Shown here: piece by piece, positions 56,462 through 64,000 of the stretch | Numbering within the stretch: position 1 is the stretch's first letter | Layout of the letters: the number at the start of each line of letters is the position of its first letter | DNA from: Sporopachydermia quercuum | Lineage: Eukaryota | Reading direction: 5' to 3' | Assembly: GCA_001599295.1 (NCBI GenBank) | Contig: BCGN01000012.1 | Coordinates: 248,001-312,000, forward strand | DNA length: 64,000 bases | Notes under the pieces: generated by a model | Databases searched by the model: none | What the model was told of the DNA's origin: nothing | What the model saw: only the letters and a program-made list of their open reading frames with translations | Position numbers and translations under genes: made by a program

Positions 56462-58488
56462 TCAATCAATTTCTGTGAACAATGAACTTGAATAAGTCTT
56501 GCAGTCGAGCTGCTCAAAGCTCTGGTCTGAGTTCGTTATCGTCAATACGGAAAGCTCGGATGACAGAGGAATTGACGATATATTATCGACAGTTATAAAT
56601 TGATTTTCTGTTTCTTCTTCCCTTTTGCGCTTAATGACTGAATGGGAGGTAGTGTGCTTTTTATCATGAGATGGTAGTCTATTTTTTGATTTGGCTTTAG
56701 GCATGTTTGGACATTTATTAATTGTTGTGTTAATTAAATTTGGTTGTGTATCCAACAGGGTTTGAGAAGGTTCTATTTTAACACTGAAGGGAAATATGTC
56801 GATATTGGGTTCATTTTCCTTATCAGTTGCGGAGTTCAGTGATTGTAATGTTCTATTTGAGGATATAAGATTCTGCTCATCCCTAGAAACAGTAGAAGCG
56901 TCAGAACAGATAGTAGAAGCGTTACTGGAATGATTGGGCTGATCCTTGGAATGTTGCTTGCAGAGGAGCATTTCCATTCTTGATGAATGAGTGTTTTTGC
57001 TGTTATTTTCACCGTTCTTACTGATTGTGTGATCGCTATTACTATTTTCTCTTGGAATGATACTACTGTTACATTCTGCTTTTGATATAGCACTGTTGAT
57101 AAATGCTAGCATCACTTCATAAGGCTACAAAATGTTAGTAAAACCCTCTGTTGAACGATTTCCCTTACAAATCCATTTGATACTGTCAAAATATCTGCAG
57201 TGAATGAAATATTTGTCCTATAATATCTCAGAACTGAATCCGTATCCCTGTGATAATGTAGAGAATTTATTACGTACGAATGATTTCTCATAGAATACTT
57301 TAACTCTTGCCGATTGCACGTTCTGAAGGAACGTTTCTATAGACGAATTCAACGAGGAATAAACAGGAAGAATGTTCTTGAGTTTCTATGATAGTTAAAA
57401 CACATTATTGTTAGATGTTGCCTGTTCAGGCTTAATCATATGTCTGCCGAACAATTGTCCAGCATTTTGACCAGTGAAGCATACTTCTCTCACTATTGGA
57501 TCGAAACCTACTGGAGATGCAACCGACAATGAGTGGATTACATTATTGAGACAGGTGTTCACATTCTCTAAAAATTTGCTTATAGTTTCTTTGGAATATG
57601 TTGAATCTGGCATGATTTTTTGGGAGTTGCTAACAATGGCAGTAGCATGGTTGCTTGTGTGAATTGTATGGTGACTGAAATCTTCATTATCTTCAACCCA
57701 AATATCAGCTTCAGTTAAAGTGATTGTGTTTCTACCGCTGTAAGATATATAATGAAGAATTTCTGGGTATCTACTCAATAAGTTGCATGATAATAATACT
57801 AAATAATATAGTTAGATGTCATTTGATCGAGCGGCGGTAGCTTCACTACTTTTGAAATGCTTGGAACTGGGAGAATTACTTGTTATTTGTTGATTGCCAC
57901 AGCAAATGCATCTGCTATCTGACAAGATTTGAGCTCTGTACTGTATGGTGCTCCATTGCTATAAGAAACTGGTTAAATAATGACTAATCAGGCTGATACC
58001 AAATAGTAACATGGTACTCAACTATGGGAAGACTTTTCTTTTTTTGCACCTTATGCCTTATATGAACAATGAATGAAGTACGTACTTTCACATTTGACAA
58101 AGCTTTCACCAATTGGCTTATCAAATGAATCCTATGAATTTTGTCATAGTTTTTAAGTATGAAATGCAGATTGATCTGATTTTAGTATTAGTAACGTTCT
58201 GTTCTTCTCAAACGAATGTGCAAGAACTAACTTCCAAATAAAAAAATAAAAAAATAAACTTGATAGGCCATTTATGGTTCAGCTCTCCTGTATAGTAATT
58301 CTATATATGGCACTTACTGGGAAGCATTGCTTTGGTAGAATGATTGATTGGTCATCGCCTGATGGTGTGTCAGACTGTTTTTCAGACGCGTCTTCGGAAG
58401 AGTTGAGATTTCCTTCAGTTTGATACAATTTTGATCTCCATTCATAACGCAAACAGTTGTAGGTTGAACTGCCCCTGAGATGCTCCAT
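56462..58488 (-). CDS. REC102: Rec102-like (TopoVIB-like) meiotic DSB protein, ~474 aa; exons 58488-58318, 58175-58086, 57958-57880, 57798-57485, 57385-57278, 57124-56462
   Basis: Hand-spliced CDS of 1425 nt is open throughout. Blocks IILPKQCFPINLHFIL, KQWSTIQYRAQ, ITILLSCNLL and HSLSVASPVGFDPIVREKLK align with recalled Rec102 blocks. NMA1 lies nearby, as in S. cerevisiae. Confidence 0.7.
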
Positions 58489-59469
58489 TATTGTTGTACA
58501 ACAAACTGGGTTTGAGAAAGAGGAAAGTTATTTCCAGTTATACATTGACAATCGAGAAAACAGAAGAATAGAGTGAATAGAAAAATAGAAAGAATTGTTG
58601 ATAATGAACATGATAAAAACTAAGCAGTAGCCAGTGACCAGTCAAGACAATATAAGTTCTGACTTAAGAGAAGAAGGAATAAAGAATAAGTAATAAAAAA
58701 CTGGAATATTTCATTGTTTTGAAGAAATTAGAAGAGCATCTGTTGTTAATTGTTGTTTGGGGTTACAAATAGGCTGATGAGAAAAGTAATTAGAGTTTAT
58801 TTGGTAAGAACTATTTTCTGGTTTGAGATTTTAAGTTGCACAGATTGAACTTAATCTAGCGAGGAGTGGTGAAACAAGTTAGCATTAGCAGTCGTTAAAG
58901 AAACAAGATCGCTTGCAAAACATACAATCTGTAATATTCGAGCAAATTTATTTCTCTGACAATAAAATATACTTTTATAATAATGATAAAATAATAGATT
59001 GGATTGTAAGGTCATTTTCATTGTCGGTGAGAGATTACTATATGCTGACTGATAGTCTAACTTTCAGCAGGGGATACTCTGTCTATAAATAAATATACTT
59101 AATATGTCTCCACCTAAAATAAATATTAAAACCAAATTAATTTGTAACTTTACCCAAACTTCATCGATCTAAACTCTTTGCTTCGATGGAAACTATATCA
59201 AACATTATATTTCTTCTTGAACGTAGATTAATCTTCACCCGTCAACAGACGACTAATCGCTTTCACCTCCTAAACATTTTCCTCCCAAGTAACTCCCATA
59301 CACCTCCTATTTTAATCTCCTACCGAAAGCATTTACATGCAATGAAGCTCTTCAAATCAAGTATCTCATTAATGGAAGGAGTTCATTATTGATGCTACGG
59401 CAATACGACATGACTACAGAATTCCTCTCTTTAAAATAGTTATCATCTCGCACATATTTTGTATTCAAG

Positions 59470-60204
59470 ATGCATAGAGGACCTATAAAACCATTGCAAT
59501 TGAGAATACCCAGTTATATACAAGATAGACCTCTCATATTCCCCAAATCTCCTACAACACATCTTCCGTATCCGAAGAATATAGATAGAACGACATTCAA
59601 CAGCGAAGTGTTCAACAAAAGTGTGTATCGAAGACTCTTAAGATTAACAAACGCTATATGTAAAAGTGAACTACACGTTTGGGTATATCATAATCTGATA
59701 AGGAGAAGGTTTGAAGAGGACTATGAAACAAGGAGAAAGTTTTATTTCCCTGATAGAGAAGAGCAGGATAGGATAAATGAGCAACAGGAAAGTGGTCACC
59801 ACGAACAAATTGCTCTGTCAGCATACGAAAATAACATTATAAGTATTTGGAGGACATTGGAGTTTGTCAACAAAGCATGTGCCTTCAATGAAAAAGAATC
59901 AAAGCTTGCTGATTATAGAGTAAAACTGAGTGATGGTGAGGTAATGTTCAATCCAATAGAAAGAACTATCTTACACAACATTTTATTTAATGAGTGGAGT
60001 AGAATTCATAATTCCAGAGCAACTGTTACGGAGGAAGATGTGGCTTCCGTAGTGAAAACCCTATTAAATGACAATTTTAATGTTGACTTAAAACAAATGA
60101 AGCGAAATAAACGAAAGTTTGAAACTTATACAAGGGCTATAAATTATATTACATTTGAAAGAAATTTGATCTCACTGAATGACAGTTTATCTTTAAGACT
60201 TTAA
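59470..60204 (+). CDS. IRC19: Irc19/Rrg4-like protein
   Basis: VYRRLLRL, RTLEFVNKAC, ILHNIL, C-terminal FERNLISLNDSLSLRL resemble recalled Irc19. Confidence 0.75.
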   Translation: MHRGPIKPLQLRIPSYIQDRPLIFPKSPTTHLPYPKNIDRTTFNSEVFNKSVYRRLLRLTNAICKSELHVWVYHNLIRRRFEEDYETRRKFYFPDREEQDRINEQQESGHHEQIALSAYENNIISIWRTLEFVNKACAFNEKESKLADYRVKLSDGEVMFNPIERTILHNILFNEWSRIHNSRATVTEEDVASVVKTLLNDNFNVDLKQMKRNKRKFETYTRAINYITFERNLISLNDSLSLRL

Positions 60205-60475
60205 ATTGGACTAAAGTTTCTACAGTACGAATACTGAAAACATACTGGTGGTACAATCAATTGAATAATTGAATACCAGATATAGAATTCGCCCTAGAAT
60301 ATGATAAATAAACACATTGATGAACACATTTTTTAACCGCAGAAGAAAAACATATTATGAAAATAAAAACGAACATACTATTCAGCTACCTATAACTTTC
60401 ACTAAAGTGTCGATCATTTAAGGAATTCTCAGAGTCTATTTGAATTTTAATTAGTATACAAGAATTATAAAAAGT

Positions 60476-61813
60476 TCAATCCATCCCATTTTTCATCACC
60501 TCTTTGACGGGCTCGGATCCTCCAATATAAAGACCATTATCTTGTATATACCTTATAACACTATTGGGCAAAAGGTATTGAACGGACATGCCTCGTCTGA
60601 TAAACAACCTTGCCTTGGTTGAGGAAATATCATTATATATTAACTGTTTGATCACTAACACATTTCTGCTGTGTTCATACATGATATCATGCGACAGTAT
60701 AAAATTACGAACGTCAGTTCCTGTTCGCTCCACAATAAGACATCCATATCTTCCTAGTATATGATGCAAATCATCTTCTGCCCATACATTGGGCTCACCC
60801 ATAGATTCAATCAAATCCCCTCCTGCTAGCAACATTATTTTTACTCCTCTTGAAGCTCCAGATTTTAATTGTACTCCACCCCTTTTAACATTAATCTCTT
60901 CATTAAAATGGTCCAATACTAATGCTGTTCTAGTATATGTTAGCTGCAGAGATTCCCATGCATCAACCATAAGCCAGGAGCTTGTTCTCTCACATGCCAG
61001 TTCACACATTCTGACTCTATGATAAGCTGGTGCTAATCCTGGCTTTTTATAGTTATCAGACACAGGGGAATAGTAACCCCCGATAACTTCAAACCTTGTA
61101 TATTCACGAATAGAATCCATTGCCATTTCGAACATCCGTAAATGTAAGTATGTAATTGGTGAAAATGATCCACAAGCTACTATAACCAATGGCAGCTTAC
61201 TCTCATCCACCATAGTATTCACTAATCGATGAGTCGGAAACTTATATTCTTCCATTGATCTTCCTTGTCTTTGAATGCCATGAGGAACTTCTTCCAAATC
61301 AGCAGTAAGACCAACAGGGGGAACGTATTCTCCAACATGGTTTTTAAGTCTGGCTATTTGATAGGGTGAGCTTTGGGTGCTAATTGATTGTTGGTTTTCG
61401 TTTGCGTTATGGTTCTCATTCTGATTATCACTTTCAGAACCTGAATCCTCATCAGATGACATCAATGGATTGAACATTTCATTGGATACTGGTATAGAGT
61501 TACTTATATAGCGACTTTTCGTATTGGTAGTAATATCACCACCACTTGTCCCTGTAGTGATAGAGGAAGATGATGCATTGCTGTGAAATAGGTTTGGGCC
61601 TGTTCTTTGCTTAGAGTGGCTCAATCTATGAGCTCTGCGGGAAATTGATTTCTTCTCTGCCGCTGTTGGTGGAGCGTCAATGGCATTGTTATCATCTTCT
61701 AAAACATACGGCTGTATAGGTGCTATGTTAGGTATCAGATATGAAGGTGTCCTTGGTAGTTTGACGTCAGCCCTATTAGCGGGTTTGAAATTTGGGTCAA
61801 GTTTCGGATCCAT
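60476..61813 (-). CDS. NMA1: Nicotinamide/nicotinate mononucleotide adenylyltransferase
   Basis: MDP...PNFKP start; PLVIVACGSFSPITYLHLRMFEMA; SSWLMVDAWES; NDISST. Confidence 0.96.
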   Translation of the reverse strand: MDPKLDPNFKPANRADVKLPRTPSYLIPNIAPIQPYVLEDDNNAIDAPPTAAEKKSISRRAHRLSHSKQRTGPNLFHSNASSSSITTGTSGGDITTNTKSRYISNSIPVSNEMFNPLMSSDEDSGSESDNQNENHNANENQQSISTQSSPYQIARLKNHVGEYVPPVGLTADLEEVPHGIQRQGRSMEEYKFPTHRLVNTMVDESKLPLVIVACGSFSPITYLHLRMFEMAMDSIREYTRFEVIGGYYSPVSDNYKKPGLAPAYHRVRMCELACERTSSWLMVDAWESLQLTYTRTALVLDHFNEEINVKRGGVQLKSGASRGVKIMLLAGGDLIESMGEPNVWAEDDLHHILGRYGCLIVERTGTDVRNFILSHDIMYEHSRNVLVIKQLIYNDISSTKARLFIRRGMSVQYLLPNSVIRYIQDNGLYIGGSEPVKEVMKNGMD

Positions 61814-63182
61814 TTCAAAGCTAAGCTAAAGATTAGACAGCTGGTAGTATAATTTCAGTCACTGCACATATGTAAATCTGTAGCTTGGGATTTCTCAGCT
61901 GTCCTTTACGTGATGATTGAGTATGATAAAGAGGAGGACTTATTATGATCTCAATTACAACAGATGTTGCAAAAAGAGGCTGAAGTAGACTTCGTATCTT
62001 ACCACAAGAAAGAAAACCGGTGATGATAGGATAATAGATGTTCAGATAATATCCGGTTTTATTTGTATCTTTTCCGGAACTTACTGGAAGCGGTTATTTA
62101 ACTTCTATAGGCTATTGAGATATTATAAAGGCAAAAACAATAATTAAAAGAAAAAAGAAAACAAACTTCTAAAAAGAACTACTGGTTGAATATGAGTCGG
62201 TGGGACTTAAAATTTTTCTTTTGGTAAAAACTAAGTTGCTTTCTGCCTTCTGAAGCTTCAAGGAGGTAAATCGTACTATTCAGTGACTCTTGTATGTATT
62301 TAATCTATGACTCTTCAGCCTTAAATTTCTATCAACTGTTCTGCTTCATAAGTAATAACAGTAAATTTTAATCTCTGTTAGACATTTCAACGCTTTTCGG
62401 TTGCTAAAAGGCTATCAAATTTCAATCGTACTCCTGTTTCGAGTTGATGATTTTAGGTTAAACATAAATATCATAAAGTTTGGTTAAGAATCATAAATTT
62501 TATTTTCGAGGGATCTATTATGAGTTCTAGTACATACTCGTCCACGTTTAGTAGCATTGGATTATGTTGTAAACTGTTCAACAACTGAGTTTTAGAAACA
62601 TGCCTTTTCACAAATACTAATGATAGTTTCAACTAAATGCTCGTAGAATAGTACTACTTGTTCTAAGAAAGAGGAAATAGATCCTTGGTTAAAATCCCAC
62701 ATAAAATAAGCTTTTATAATGAAAGCTTCCGCATAAACTAAAGTAAATCAATTCCGAAAATGGTAACTTTGTTATAGCTTCCTTTAATAGTAAAGGTTAT
62801 TTCAATTGGTAATGAGCACTTGAATTTTCAGAAATAATGTATTTATTATTGTTCATGATCGTGAGTCATTCAGCTGGAGATAAAAATATGTTAGAAAAAG
62901 TCTTTCCCGCAAAATTAAAATCAATATATTGCACGGGAAATTTACATTTATTTCAGTAAAAGTTTTGATATTAATTTTGATCTTAGTTGCAATGTAAACT
63001 GTTTTCTCATAAAATTAACTCTCACTATAACACTGTAACCACAAGTACAATAGTTACTGTGCGCTACAGTTTTGAATCGCTTATTTTCATTCTAACTAAT
63101 TACACTGTTCAAGTTCAAAATTTAACTGTTTAGGATAATTTATACCGCATTAATTGTAGTCATATCCAGTCCAATACTTATT

Positions 63183-64000
63183 ATGTCTTCCACTGCACAA
63201 GAAAGCAGGGAACCCATTGCTCAACACCTCAGCCATCAATATGAAAAAGAAACTACAGCTAATGAACTAACCATAGACATTTCAAACAATTCCAACAAAC
63301 CATGTAGCAGCCAAATTATTTCCAAATCGGAATCAACAGGAGTTTTGACTAAATTTTGTCTTTTGCCTCAGTATTATGACCCCAAGGCTACTAAACATAT
63401 TTACAAGATGATCATACTCGCGGTCCTAGCATTAGCTACCGTTGTTGCACCAATGGGCACAGATGTTTTCCTACCAGCAATTGCTGATATTGCTCAAGAC
63501 CTGAACACAACTCATGATATGGTAAATATATCACTTGGTATTTATATGATAGCGCTAGGAGTATTTCCGTTATGGTGGTCATCGTTTTCCGAAAAATATG
63601 GCCGACGGTTTGTCTATTTGATATCTTTCAGCTTTTTCACCCTGCTTACTATTGGTTCGGCTTTATCTACATCTATTGGAATGTTAATAGTTTTCCGAGG
63701 TCTCTCTGGCGGATGTGCAGGCTCTGTTCAAAGTGTAGGTGCCGGATCAATTGGCGATTTATTTAAACCAACGAGACGGGGAAGAGCAATGGGTTGGTAT
63801 TACTTTGGAAGTTTATGTGGGCCACTTCTTGCACCAATATTCAGTGGAGCCATGACGAAAAAGTGGGGCTGGAGATCAACAATGTGGTTGATGGTAATTG
63901 TGGGAGCTGTCTTGACAGTTCTACTATTTTTATTTGTTCCTGAGACATATATTCTACCAGTTAAGGAGAGCACCCAAGGGTATCGTGAGGAGATAATTGA
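63183..64000 (+). CDS. QDR3: MFS drug:H+ antiporter (DHA1), QDR3-like; runs off the window end (not in ORF track)
   Basis: ATG 63183; VVAPMGTDVFLPAI, VNISLGIYMIALGVFPLWWSSFSEKYGRR, SVQSVGAGSIGDLF..RGRAMGWY, WGWRS. Confidence 0.8.
   Translation, partial: MSSTAQESREPIAQHLSHQYEKETTANELTIDISNNSNKPCSSQIISKSESTGVLTKFCLLPQYYDPKATKHIYKMIILAVLALATVVAPMGTDVFLPAIADIAQDLNTTHDMVNISLGIYMIALGVFPLWWSSFSEKYGRRFVYLISFSFFTLLTIGSALSTSIGMLIVFRGLSGGCAGSVQSVGAGSIGDLFKPTRRGRAMGWYYFGSLCGPLLAPIFSGAMTKKWGWRSTMWLMVIVGAVLTVLLFLFVPETYILPVKESTQGYREEII

Overview
Gene-dense, AT-rich nuclear DNA from an unusually intron-rich budding yeast (Saccharomycotina-like). It uses the standard genetic code, since CTG falls at conserved Leu positions in CCT5. 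I model 27 protein-coding genes, 9 of them spliced (22 introns reconstructed by hand). Order: Sds3/Dep1-like giant Q/N/P-rich protein, UBX5, IRC3, GPI8, an O-GlcNAc transferase (OGT, GT41), VOA1, SRB5/MED18, VMA21, ERG24, NOP7, PRCC-like, RPA12, LIA1, ARP3, KCH1, COA3, CCT5, EMC3, PBA2/ADD66, NPA3, GH125, EAT1-like esterase, YGR016W-like membrane protein, REC102-like, IRC19, NMA1 and a truncated QDR3-like MFS transporter. COA3 is absent from the ORF track and REC102 is fragmented in it. No tRNA, rRNA, transposon or CRISPR was recognised. Highlights: an intact-looking OGT (a family absent from S. cerevisiae); a six-exon REC102/TopoVIB-like gene with a long extra C-terminal tail; a 4-nt micro-exon in ARP3; a NAGNAG acceptor in COA3; and a recurrent promoter motif (T)ATGGGACA(C). 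All homology and synteny calls come from recalled sequences and gene names, not from a search.
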